Shown here: piece after piece, positions 10,967 through 22,359 of the stretch
How positions within the stretch are numbered: the stretch's first letter is position 1
How the letters are laid out: every line of letters begins with the position of its first letter
From: Octopus sinensis
Lineage: Eukaryota
NCBI RefSeq assembly: GCF_006345805.1
Contig: NW_021834683.1
Span: forward strand, 1-46,729
Length of the DNA stretch: 46,729 nt
Direction of reading: 5' to 3'
Program-made: the position numbers and the translations under genes
Notes under the pieces: generated by a model
Databases searched by the model: none
The model's input: only the letters and a program-made list of their open reading frames with translations
What the model was told of the DNA's origin: nothing

Positions 10967-11215
10967 TCTTTTACTTGTTTCAGTCATTTGACTGTGGCCA
11001 TGCTGGAGCACCGCCTTTAGTCGAGCAAATCGACCCGATGACTTATTCTTCGTAAGCCTAGTACTTATTCTATCGGTCTTTTTTGCGTAAACACACCAGT
11101 ATCGGTTGTGTCTTTTGCCGAACCGCTAAGTAACGGGGACATAAACACACCAGCATCGGTTGTCAAGCAATGCTAGGTGGACAAATACAGACACACAAAC
11201 ACACACATGCATATA
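10966..11215 (-). mobile_element. SINE family A, 3' half (composite)
   Basis: Reverse-complement tail ctcttttacttgtttcagtc. The SINE resumes briefly near 11556-11575 after an insertion in its internal microsatellite. Confidence 0.8.
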
Positions 11216-11291
11216 TATTTATATATATATATTATTAGTGAATTGAAGAAATGGAGTTGAACGAAGATTGAACAGAAATCGTTTTATTGCA

Positions 11292-11371
11292 TTCTACACG
11301 TGTTTCGAAAGGCACAATTTACCAAATTCCGATTGAATAATGAGACCATATTGTGTCTTTCTCTTCAGGAA
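11292..11371 (-). ncRNA. Type-I hammerhead ribozyme, intact core
   Basis: Minus strand: uuc-CUGAAGA (plus 11362-11368), gaaagacacaau...auugugccuuuc stem II, GAAAC-ACGU-GUA (plus 11295-11306), gaa. Stem III is the perfect palindrome ACACGUGU. Stem I is 3 bp plus a distal uauu/aaua helix. Confidence 0.72.
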
Positions 11372-11611
11372 GAAATAGGAAATCCGTTGGAAAAAACAAA
11401 AACAGAACAGAGGCGGAGCAAAACAAATCGAACGAGGCTCCTAAGAGCCCATGGCCAAACCGTGCTGTCTTCTGCTGTGATTTTTGCTACCAAGGTATCG
11501 GTTAAACTTTTGATTAATCTGCAACAAGATTATTCATCTTTATATATATATACATATATACGACGGGCTTCTTTTTATATATATAATAATAATAATTATA
11601 TATATATATGT

Positions 11612-11954
11612 ATATAAAATCTCAAACAAAAGATAGAATAGGAACGTATACTATACAGTAAAGCCAATCACCATATCAAAGTGGCAGTTGAATGTTACTT
11701 CTAATATAACCCCAGGCACGTTTTTTCGCCAGCTGTTTATCGGTGAAAGACTCTGCACCCTGTATAAAAATATATTGTTAGCAGGGGAGCGAACTCTTAC
11801 TACCCTCTAGCAGCGATCCTTTTAGCTGCTTGAGGGGTTCGATCCCCTGCGAATTATATATTGTGTGGTACCAATAACTAGCTGACGGAGAATCTGCCCG
11901 ACGTTTAACTAGTAGTAACATTCAACAGCCGCTTTAATGTGGCAACTGGCTTTA
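11612..11954. mobile_element. Fold-back non-autonomous element, copy 2
   Basis: Inverted termini taaagccaatcaccatatcaaag (11659) and ctttaatgtggcaactggcttta (ends 11954), embedded in (TA)n. Confidence 0.7.
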
Positions 11955-11967
11955 TATATACACATAC

Positions 11968-12195
11968 TGGAAGATGGATGCGCCGCGCTCAATTAAATAA
12001 TAAATGGTGTATAATATATTCGAAAAGCAACCAATAACTGACGAGGGATTGTTCTTTGTGTTGTTTGTCGTTTTCCAGTTGTCTTTCGTTGTTCGAAAAA
12101 TAGTTCATATTCCATGTAATCGTACTTCGTTTTCTTTTCATTTTTTTTGTTGCTGTTGTACACGTTTCATGATGTCCTATGCATCTATCTATTTA

Positions 12196-12268
<73 letters not shown>

Positions 12269-12400
12269 GTATAGCTGTAAGTATGTACATATACGTATGG
12301 ATATATGCATATATATACATACATATATATGTGTGTGTGCGTGTGTATGTATATATATATATATATTACTATGTGATTGAGTGCCACGCATCCTCTTCCA
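11968..12400. mobile_element. Element bounded by about 25-bp inverted repeats, with an internal TA microsatellite
   Basis: ggaagatggatgcgccgcgctcaat versus attgagtgccacgcatcctcttcc. The interior is homologous to 12860-12990. Confidence 0.5.
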
Positions 12401-12820
12401 AGTAAGTTTTATCTTGATAATTCTGATGCGCACTCTATACGATCTTTTTACGCTTTCTCTCTTTCTCTTTCTTATTTTTTTTTACCTCCTCTTCTCCCAC
12501 TATTCTATCTTATTACTCCGTCACTCTCTCCTCCTCCCTTGCTCACGATACTCCCACATGACCATCGGCCATCTTTCTTTCTTCTCCTAATTTGTTTCTT
12601 TCTTTCTCTCCGTAGTAGCTGGAACAAGGAAGACGTGTTCTTGTCTTCTCTTGTTCAAGCTTGATTTACGCGTTCGCTACCACAACCTCGTTTAGGCTTA
12701 GCAGCCCTTCCTGTTTGTTTTCACTGTCCTGTTTGTGTTACCAATTTTGACCCTCCGCAAAATCCCATATTTTTTTTTGTTTGCTTTGCGGGAGTAGCTG
12801 TTTTATCGAAAGCGTATATT

Positions 12821-13189
12821 GTTGTTAAATGCTCGAAATACGAAATTAGAAAAACAGCCAACAATTGATGAGGGGTCGTTCTTTGTGTTGTATGTCTTGT
12901 TTTCCATTTGTGTCTTTCGTTGTTCAAAGAAATAGTTCATATTCCATGTACTTGTACTTCGTATTTTTTTTGTTGTACACGTTTCATGACGCCCTGTACC
13001 CACATATGCATATATACGTATAGACGCAAGTATGTACATATACGCGTACAGGATGTCATCAACGGTGCAAATAACATGAAATACGTTAACAACGAGAAAA
13101 AATGGAAGACAGGACAAGTAAACACAGAGAAAGGACCCTTCATCAGTTGGTGGCTGTCTATCTACTCCTCATTTCGAGCATTGAACGAC
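12821..13189. mobile_element. Fold-back element with diverged inverted arms of about 90 bp
   Basis: gttaaatgctcgaaat...acagccaacaattgatgaggggtc...ttccattt versus its reverse complement at about 13100-13189. Confidence 0.55.
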
Positions 13190-13354
13190 AGATGAGTCTT
13201 CAAAGACAGTTGCTCCCATAAATTCTAAAATAAATGACATTCATTCCTGCTCAAAGGCGTATTAGTGGCAACAGCGAAACAGTTATAGTTGAGATTCAAA
13301 ACTAAATGAGAAGCCAAGTGCTATACTTAATGTATATAAACACCGTTGATAATA

Positions 13355-13571
13355 CGAGGGGCTGCCGAAAAGTTCATGGCTTTGGGTAAAAGAAAATACA
13401 GAAGGGTCAGTAAATTATGATTTTATCCAACATATTTTTCTATCAGATTCACACACTTATTGCAGCAGTCCTTCAGTTTTTCTAAGCCACATAAAAGAAC
13501 TCGGGAGGTTGGGCTTCCAACCAGGCCTTTCGCGACACCCTCAAAGGCAGGAACCTTTCAGCACCCCGTCG
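13355..13571 (-). mobile_element. Mariner-derived MITE
   Basis: TA-cgaggggctgccgaaaagttc ... gaacctttcagcaccccgtcg-TA imperfect TIRs with TA flanks. The interior encodes a mariner C-terminal remnant AWLEAQPPEFF...NKCVNL on the minus strand. Confidence 0.8.
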
Positions 13572-14329
13572 TACAGTTACTGCGGTATTCGTTAACATCA
13601 AAAAGAGATGTTATATCAGGACGAGTTCCCCAGTGACTGGCCTATCAACGGCTATACTCCTCAATTGTGTATGTTGGATTAAATTAGAAGCTTCGTTCAC
13701 CGAGAACTATTTTTTAATGATAATGGTAAAGGGGAAGAGGTAGCACTTAAGACCATGTCCAGAAATTCTTTGCCTGGTGAGAAGAAATAAAGAAGTAGTA
13801 CTTCGAGTGGAGAACTGTTCCGAATTCTTGTAACAGAATGGATTACGCTAGACATACAAGACCAAGGTGTTTGTGTTATATACATACAAGGTCAAGTATT
13901 ACAAGCAGGAATTTTACAACTTTCTAGTTCTAGGAGAATAAATGTGTATATTCCTTATTATTATTATAATGAGATTTATGACAACGGTAGAAACGACGTT
14001 TTCTAAACTGAAATCGCAGTGGCTACAAAAAAAGGGGAAATAAATCTTAAAATATTTAGAAGAGTTATCTTTTCTTGGCTTAATAAGTTTAATGAATAAT
14101 TTGTTTGGAAAAAATGGTTTTTGACTCCAAATAAATTTTTAAAAAGACATTGAACTGACAATCTTTCAGTTGTCAGTCACAGCAAGATGATCTCCAGGAG
14201 TTTTAAAGTATCAAAATTAATTTAATGCTGTTTTTATCTCTAGAAATAAGTCACATACAAAGCATAAAAGGAGAGGTCAAACTACATAAATCTTTAAATT
14301 GGTCAGCTTCAAAGCTGCAGTCATACTGT

Positions 14330-14920
14330 GCTACACCATTTGATATGTGGCATTTGGTGAATGAGGGAATTTGATGCCGCTGCCCTCATCTGTGTTTTCT
14401 GCCATGAGGTAGGCTCATCTGGAACCCTTGAGAGAGGAGATCCAGTTTTATTTTAAAGACACCTACATCTACAACATGCAGGTCTCTCAAGCATTTTGGA
14501 AGGATATTGAAGAGCTGTGGGTACTTGAAACCCAAGCTGTTGCAGTATCTGGTCTTGTATTTTGATGGAGATGCTGGGATCTGTGGCACCCCATTCTGCT
14601 GTTCGTGTAACTTACAATGCCAAAGTTAGGTACAAGGCCTTCCAGGATTTTCCAGATGTATATCACTACATATCTTTCCTGCCTTTGTCCTAGGGAGAAG
14701 AGTTTTAATTCTTTTAGTCTTTCCCAGTAGCTGATACGTCGCATTGAGATGATTTTCATGTGTAGCTTCATTGAATTGCTTCGAGTTCCATGTTAATTTT
14801 ATATTGTGTGGTGACCATAGTTGGGAGTAGGAGTCCAAGTGGCTGAGGACATATGTCCTCCACAGGATCATCATTGTCTCCTTTTCTCTTGTTTTGAAAG
14901 TTCGGAGGATCCAGCTATCA
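14330..14920 (-). mobile_element. CR1-clade LINE 3' fragment, degenerate
   Basis: ORFs 14626..14874, 14487..14771 and 14386..14589 give YVLSHLDSYSQLWSP, SYWERLKELKLFSL...RYVVIYIWKILEGLVPN and CNSLGFKYPQLFN. Same family as 660-1040. Confidence 0.85.
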
Positions 14921-15451
14921 GCATTTTATTACCAAATTAGTAACATGCATCATTGCATTATAAACACTAATGTACAGCATAAAAAGGCATCTCACCTCAA
15001 TCCCATGTTTATGATGAGAAATAACTGTATAAACCAAAGTTATTGATAACTTAGCACTATACATACATACCTTCATACATATTTATTGTTTGGTAGAAGT
15101 AATTCATTTGTTGGCTCAACTTACCACCACCACCACTACTACTACTCACTACCACCACTATAATTTAACATGCAATTTCCATGCTGGCATGGGTTGGATG
15201 GTTTGACAAGAACTAGCCAACAGGGGAATTCTACTTGTCTGTTTTGACATGGTCTGTACAGCTGGATACCCTTCCTAATGCCAACCACTTTACAAAGTGT
15301 GCTCTTTACATGGCTCTGGCACAGCTGCTTTATGTAGTCATGCAATCAAGCAAAATTAAAATAAACTGGGATTTTCCACGCAGACTTTCTTTTTGTATTT
15401 CTTGTTCTTACCACTTTCTAATGGACTGAATAACATAAGGTCCAAACACAT

Positions 15452-15838
15452 AGGCACACGAGTGGCTGTGTGGGAAGTAGCTTGCTTACCAACCACATGG
15501 TTCTGGGTTCAGTCCCACTGCATGGCACCTTGGGCAAGTGTCTTCTACTATAGCCTCGGGCCGACCAAAGCCTTGTGGGTGGATTTGGTAGACGGAAACT
15601 GAAAGAAGCCCGTCATATATATGTATGTGTGTGTATATGTTTGTCCCCCCAACATCGCTTGACAACCGATGCTGGTGTGTTTACGTCCCCCATAACTTAG
15701 CGGTTCGGCAAAAGAAACTGATAGAATAAGTACTAGGCTTACAAAGAATAATTCCTGGGGTTGATTTGCTTGACTAAAAGGTGGTGCTCCAGCATGGCCA
15801 CAATCAAATGACTGAAGCAAGTAAAAGAGTAAAGAGTA
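15452..15838 (+). mobile_element. SINE family A
   Basis: Full head-to-tail match. Confidence 0.85.
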
Positions 15839-15969
15839 ACCAAACTAATTAACAGCAAAAACAGTCACTTATTCTATATGGTTGAACTGAAACTATGTTA
15901 GGAATGACCAGGAGTCAACTCTTAGCATATAGTACAATAGTAAAGCAGTTTAAATAATAATAATAATGA

Positions 15970-16650
15970 AATTATTGTATACAGTGCTCAGGTGCACCAC
16001 AACTTGTCAAAAATGCATATAAAGTATATGCAGTAATGTACAAGTGTCTGGAAGTGAACAGTGTATGAGTCAGATACATTGGCCGCTGCCAGCCTCCCCT
16101 GGCACCTGTGCCGGTGGCACGTAAAAAGCACCCACTACACTCACGGAGTGGTTGGCATTAGGAAGGGCATCCAGCTGTAGAAACACTGCCAGATCAGACT
16201 GGAGCCTGGTGCAGCCTCCTGGCTTCCCAGACCCCGGTCGAACTGTCCAACCTGTGCTAGCATGGAAAACAGACGTTAAACGATGATGATGATGATGTGT
16301 GTATGGAGGGGAGAAAATCAGGTGTAGTGTTGGCGAATCTCAGGAAGCATGGAAGTTTTGAAGGATGCAGTGCTCCGACAACTAACAACTGATGCCAGCA
16401 GTTTATTCCATACTTCAGCAACTCTTAACATAAAAAAAATGTTTCCAAAAGTCATGGGAGCTGTGCTGTTTTCTGACTTTGTAAACATGTCCACGGGTGT
16501 TAGACAGGTGGAGTTTGAAAAGGTACTCAGTTATTGTTTATAAGATGGTTAATAATTTTATGGGTGTCTGCCAAGTCAGCTGCCAGACGTTGGAGTTTCA
16601 ATGTATCCATGCCTAGGGAAGTAAGGCGTGTTCAGAATATGACAAATGCC
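15970..16650 (-). mobile_element. CR1/L2-type LINE 3' end, interrupted by an RTE tail
   Basis: Manual minus-strand translation gives LTSLGMDTLKLQRLAADL...NTRGHVYKVRK...RVAEVWNKL...SFK. The 3' tail gtggtgcacctgagcactgtatacaataa-(tta)n is repeated at about 16670-16770. Confidence 0.75.
16081..16296 (+). mobile_element. RTE LINE 3' UTR fragment, ends (gat)n
   Basis: ggttggcattaggaagggcatccagctgtagaa...gttaaacgatgatgatg, the same tail as 20598-21527. Confidence 0.8.
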
Positions 16651-17299
16651 TGATGCTATATGAAAGATAATAATAATAATAATAATAATAATAATTGTGT
16701 ACAGTGCTCAGGTGCACTACAACTCATCTAAAGTGTATATATAATCAGGTGTAGTTTCGGTGGATGTTAAAAGATAAATGGCAACAAAACTTCTGCACAG
16801 CCAATACCCACTTCACAATCACAACTCCAGCAGTGACTGTGAAGCTGAAGGTTTAAAGTCAAAACAGTGAGATTTATCTTGTTTTTGTATCTGATTTTCA
16901 AGATTCTTTATGTGAATTTGTGTGTTGAAATAAATATCCTACTAACTAATCAATTGTTTATTTAATTTGGTTAATTATTCAACATTACAAAGATAAAAAA
17001 ATTATGTAGAATGTGAGCTTTGCTGTTGAGGACGATTTTTTGAATTTCGTAAATGTTAGGTTTAACAGGGAACATTTTCAAGAAATTCTTTTATTCCTTT
17101 CTTTATGACAATGCTAATTATAACTGGGATTGTTTGTATCTTCTATAATCACATTCTGTTAGTCTCAAGATCTAAGTCAGTGGTTTCCAACAGGGGTTCA
17201 TTTGTTTTGTTTTTGTTTGTCAAAGCTCTTTTGTTGCTTCTTACAACCTTTTTGATGATTTTCTTCTTAGTCTGTTACGGAGGCCACATTTGTCTGCCT

Positions 17300-17750
17300 G
17301 AAATCTTGTTGCATGCATGTGGAATTGAACCAGTGCATGTGTTAATAATATTGGCAAAATGGCTCTCCCTAGACACAACAAAAAAATTAGATTTATCCTT
17401 CTGCATAAGGCCAGAGCTTAATAAGAAGAAATGATCAGCAAGCATCCTCAAAAATGGAGCAGACCAAAACTGCAGAAACTGCAATGGACACTGCAGAAAC
17501 TGCAATGGACAAGTTGAGATAATGGAGCATATTGTTTAAGAGTACTCCACCTTGGCTCCAACTGAATATATAGATAGGTATGATCAGGTTGACCAATACA
17601 TTCACTGGGCACTATGCAAACATTTTGTTGTAGAGCATGCTAAAAACTAGTGTGAACACCATCCCTTACCAGTGTTCAAAGCAACAGATACAACAATTTT
17701 GGGGGATTTTACAGTTTAATCAGACTGAACCATAAACATCAATCAGCTGA
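17300..17750 (+). mobile_element. R4/Dong-like non-LTR fragment (restriction-like endonuclease clade)
   Basis: Manual translation gives ...NGADQNCRNC..QVEIMEHIV.EYSTLAPTEYIDRYDQVDQYIHWALCKHF, matching the CCHC knuckle and EY..RHD.V...IHW.LC motif of this clade. Confidence 0.65.
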
Positions 17751-17754
17751 ATGT

Positions 17755-18142
17755 TACTCTTTCACTTGTTTCAGTCATTTGACTGTGGCCATGCTGGAGC
17801 TCCGCTTTTAGTCGAGTATGTCGACCCCCGGACTTATTCTTTGTAAGCCTAGTACTTATTCTATTGGTCTCTTTTGCCGAACCGCTAAGTTACAGGGACG
17901 TAAACACACCAGCATCGGTTGTCAAGCGATGTTGGGAGGACAAAGTCATACAAACATATATACAAACACACACACACATACATATATACGACAGGCGTCT
18001 TTCAGTTTCTGTCTACCAAATCTACTCACAAGGCTTTGGTTAGCTTGAGGCTATAGTAGATGACACTCGCCCAAGGTGCCACGCAGTGGGACTGAACCTG
18101 GAACCATGTAATTCATAAGCAAGCTACTTACCACACAGCCAC
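17755..18142 (-). mobile_element. SINE family A
   Basis: Reverse-complement match. Confidence 0.85.
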
Positions 18143-18274
18143 ACATGACCATACCATCTAACAAAAATGTATCTGCTAAAGGGTATAACAAATTTTCAAA
18201 ATACAAAGACTTAGACCAGTGGTTCTCAGCCATTTTTTATTTATGGACCCCTTTGGTTACTGTGTGTGTGTATA

Positions 18275-18301
18275 TGTTGGGGGGGACAAACACAAACATA
18301 T

Positions 18302-18355
<54 letters not shown>

Positions 18356-18530
18356 ATATGTTTGTGTTTGTCCCCCCCAACATCGCTTGACAACCGATGC
18401 TGCTGTGTTTACGTTCCCGTAACTTGGCGGTTCGGCAAAAGAGGCCGATAGAATAAGTACTAAGCTTACAAAAAATAAGTCCTGGGGTCGATTTCATCGA
18501 CTAAAAAGGTGGTACTCCAGCATGGCCTCT
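18275..18530 (+). mobile_element. SINE family A, 3' half
   Basis: tgtttgtccccccaacatcgcttgacaaccg...ctccagcatggcc. Confidence 0.8.
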
Positions 18531-19041
18531 TATTCAGAATGCCTGTTTACTAGGGAGAGTAAGAAGCTTAAAAAAGGTGCTGAATACCTAAGATTGCAGG
18601 ATGTAACTTGCTGTGAATTAACATAACATCTAAGACCAAGGGATAAAGACAATAAATAATAATTTAATTAAAAAAATATTTTAATTAAATATTTTTTTAA
18701 AGTCAGAAACTGATTTGAATTAGGTGATTTACAGCTGCAGTACTATTTTTTGTAAATAAATATATTTTGTTTGGATTTATAATTATATTTTCATCCTTAA
18801 TAAAATGAAATCGAAACACCTTATAAATTTTCAAAAAGTGAAACAACTACATTTGTAAGCAAAATATATTTGATTCTTTTACTTCAAAATAAAAAGAGAA
18901 ACTTACTGCAATTGTTAATCACTTCACATGAATTAATTTCTGTTTAAAAATAATAAAAATATATATTTTTAATGTCTTATATATATATGTCTATATATAT
19001 GCTTGTATATATATAAATATATGTATATAAATATATATATA

Positions 19042-19206
19042 TAGGTACAGGAGTGGCTGTGTGGTAAGTAGCATGCTTATGAACCACATGGTTCCAGGTT
19101 CAGTCCCACTGCGTGGCACCTTGGGCAAGTGTCTTCTACTATAGCCTCGGGCTGACCAAAGCCTTGTTAGTGGATTTGGTAGACGGAAACTGCAAAAAGT
19201 CTGCCA

Positions 19207-19239
<33 letters not shown>

Positions 19240-19395
19240 TTGCTGTTGTGTTTATGTCCCCATCACTTAGTGGTTCGGCAAGAGAGACCGATAGAATAAG
19301 TACTAGGCTTACAAAGAATAAGTCCTGGGGTCGATTTGCTCCACTATAGGCGGTGCTCCAGCATGGCCGCAGTCAAATGACAAACAAATAAAAGA
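19042..19395 (+). mobile_element. SINE family A
   Basis: Head to tail, with internal (TA)n. Confidence 0.85.
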
Positions 19396-19714
19396 ATATA
19401 TATATATATATGTACAGACAGACAAACAGACAGATAAATAGATAGATCAAAACAGTTTGATTCAAATTCTGTGGTACTTGAAGTTTCCAAACATAAGATA
19501 CTTATCCTCAACCATTGAAAATTTGAATATATATATGTATATTTCGGAAATTATATTTTATGGCCAGTCATAGAGTGCCCGTGACTCACCAAATTTAAAT
19601 GACCAAAGAAGTTTTATCCAATTTATTGCCAGCTGAAAAAAGATGTGCCTTTGGCCATTTGGGTCTGACAAGTCGCTTATACTGCTAAGTACTTTATAGA
19701 TGTGAAACCAATGG

Positions 19715-20405
19715 TCACTCTATGACCAGTCGAAAACTGAATTGTTTGAACGAAATTTGCATAACCATGTTTGGAGGAAAGATGGTACCACCTATTTGCC
19801 GAAAAACACAATTCCTACTGTAAAGTTTGGAGGTGGCAACATCATGGTGTGGAGGTGCTTCTCTGCAAATGGTACTGGCAATTTACATGTGATAGATGGT
19901 AGAATGAATGCAGAGATGTACCAAAATATTTTGAACAATAATCTATGGGACTCTGTAGGAAAGCTCCAGCTTTGTGAAGGGTGGATTTTACAACAGGATA
20001 ACGACCCTAAGCATACGCGAAGTCTATCAAAAAATGGATTGTTGATCACAATATAAAATTGTTAGAATGGCCACGCCAGTCACCTGACTTGAACCCCATT
20101 GAAAATTTGTGGTGTTATTTGAAAATTAAAATTCATTCAAGAGCCCCAACGTGCATTGAAGATTTGAAGAAAATTTGTCAAGAGGAATGATTGATTGATT
20201 GATTGATTCTAGTTTCAGCTTATGAGCTGTGGCCATGCTGGGGCACCGCCATTTGGAAAAAAATTCTTAAAGAAACATGCAAGTCATTGATTAAGAACTA
20301 CTAGAAGAGATTGGTCGAAGTGGAACTAAATAATGGTTATGCTACGAAGTATTAAATCAGAATTATCAGTTATTTATGTTCTGTACGAATACTTTTTTCA
20401 CCCCT
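19715..20405 (+). pseudogene. Tc1-family DD34E transposase remnant
   Basis: [17 protein letters not shown]...[10 protein letters not shown]...EWPRQSPDLNPIENLW...NGYATKY*, with a frameshift and a stop. Reconstructed D-to-E spacing is 34. Confidence 0.85.
20190..20254 (-). mobile_element. Short 5'-truncated SINE tail with (caat)n end, inserted in the Tc1 gene
   Basis: Splits the TGG codon of ...QEEW|KKI and carries ggcggtgccccagcatggccacagctc on the minus strand. Confidence 0.7.
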
Positions 20406-20597
20406 AAATATTTATAATTGAATATAAATTCCTTAGTTACTATAATTAATTAGTTTCTTTTGCATATTTTTAATTTATACATGTGTATGCAAATATAGTA
20501 TTGGTATATCCCATTTATGTTCATTAGAAATTAAATAAATAAAGAATTTTGACATGTATGAATATTTATTTCCCCCCATGGTATATATATACACGAG

Positions 20598-21527
20598 GAC
20601 ATGCGTAAGCTTGCAAGGAATGAAGCAAGTATGCTCCGCTGGATTTGTAATGTCAGTGTGCATACTCGACAGAGTGTAAGTGCCTTGAGAGAAAAGTTGG
20701 ACCCAAGAAGCATCAGATGTGGTGTGCAAGAAAGACGACTGTGCTGGTATGGTCATGTGGTGAGAATGGATGAGGATAGCTGTGTGAAAAAGTGCGACAC
20801 CCTAGTGGTTGAGGGAACCTGTTGAAGAACTTGACCCAGGAAACCCTGGGATGAGGTGGTGAAGCATGACCTTCGAACATTAGGCCTCACTGAGGCAATG
20901 ACTAGTGACCGAGACCTTTGGAAATATGCTGTGCTTGAGAAGATCTGACAAGTCAAGTGAGACCATAACCTGTGGCCTATGCCAGGGGTGTAACTAGCCC
21001 ACTTATACATACCTTTTCTTCATTGGACACTAAACTCTGCTTGCGAAGACCTGTTGAGGCAAGTGAAATCAAAATCAAATTCGATGATAGCACAGCATGA
21101 CTGGCATCTGTGCTAGTGGAGCGCTAAAGGCGCACCATCCGGGTGTGATTGTTGCCAGAGCCACTGACTGGCTCCCATGCTGGTGGCATGTAAAAAGCAC
21201 CATTCGAGCATGATCGTTTCCAGCGTCACCTTACTGGCACTTGTGCCAGTAGCATGTGAAAAACAATATTTGAGCGATGTCGTTGCCAGTGCCACTGGAC
21301 TGGCTCCTGTGCAAGTGGCACGTAAAAAGCACCATTTGAGCGTGGTCGTTGCCAGTACTGCCTGACTAGCCCTTGGAGTGGTTGGCATTTGGAAGGGCAT
21401 CCAGCTGTAGAAACTCTGCCAGATCAGATTGGAGCCTGGTGCAGCCATCTGGCTCACCAGTCCTCAGTCAAATCATCTAACCCATGCCAGCATGGAAAGA
21501 AGATGTTAAACGATGATGATGATGATG
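20598..21527 (+). mobile_element. RTE-clade LINE, 5'-truncated 3' end
   Basis: NEASMLRWICNVSV...QERRLCWYGHVVRMDEDSCVKKC followed by an RPRKPWDEVVKHDL-like motif, a 3' UTR and a (gat)n tail. Confidence 0.85.
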
Positions 21528-22359
21528 ACATACACATACATATATATATAAAACAATTACAATGAATATGGAGGCTTGTGTATCTGCATACTTTTTCATT
21601 TTTATTTTTACAGTTAATCATACAGCATAATTGGTTTAGATATAACTGACACAGAAGGCAGTGAGCTGGCAGAAACATTAGCACACCGAGCGAAATGCTC
21701 AGTGGTATTTCATCTGAATCCAAATTCTGCTGAGGTTGACTTTGCCTTTCATCCTTTCAGGGTTGATAAATTAAGTACCAGTTGTCTACTGGGATCAATC
21801 TAATCGACTGACCACCTTCCCTCAAAATTTTTTGGGCCTTGTGCCTAGAGTAGGAAAGGATATGACTGACGTGTGTGTCCAGAATTAGCTGTTGTATTTG
21901 CATCCAGCTATTTTCAACTATGCACCTTTATTCAAATGTGATTCAAAATGAACTCGGTGTATTTATGTGTCGCCAATGTAATTTGCTAGGTTACTATGGT
22001 TTTAGATAGAAAAAAGAATGTGAGGAGGTTTAGAAACTTGATATAGCTATAAAAATTACATCATGTTTGACCTCATCTTGACCTTAAGTTTCAGGATGAA
22101 ACATATAGTTCTAGATCCTAAAGTAAGTCAAAGTGTATTTCTCAATGTTTTGTACAACAACTAGGTACTTAATACAATTAAATAAAAATAACTTAAATTC
22201 CTTCAGATTAAATCAGATACATGTAATATAAGAAACTTATTCAGGATGACAATTTGAAAGTTTCTCTGTATAATCAAGGTGACATGCATACCATTTTGAC
22301 TCAGAAGGAAAGAAACACCATACCACACCATAAATTATGAGAAATTACAGCATTTATTT

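Noticed and set aside
12030-12110. CUGACGA...GAAA as a canonical hammerhead
   Set aside because: Stem II and stem I do not pair convincingly.
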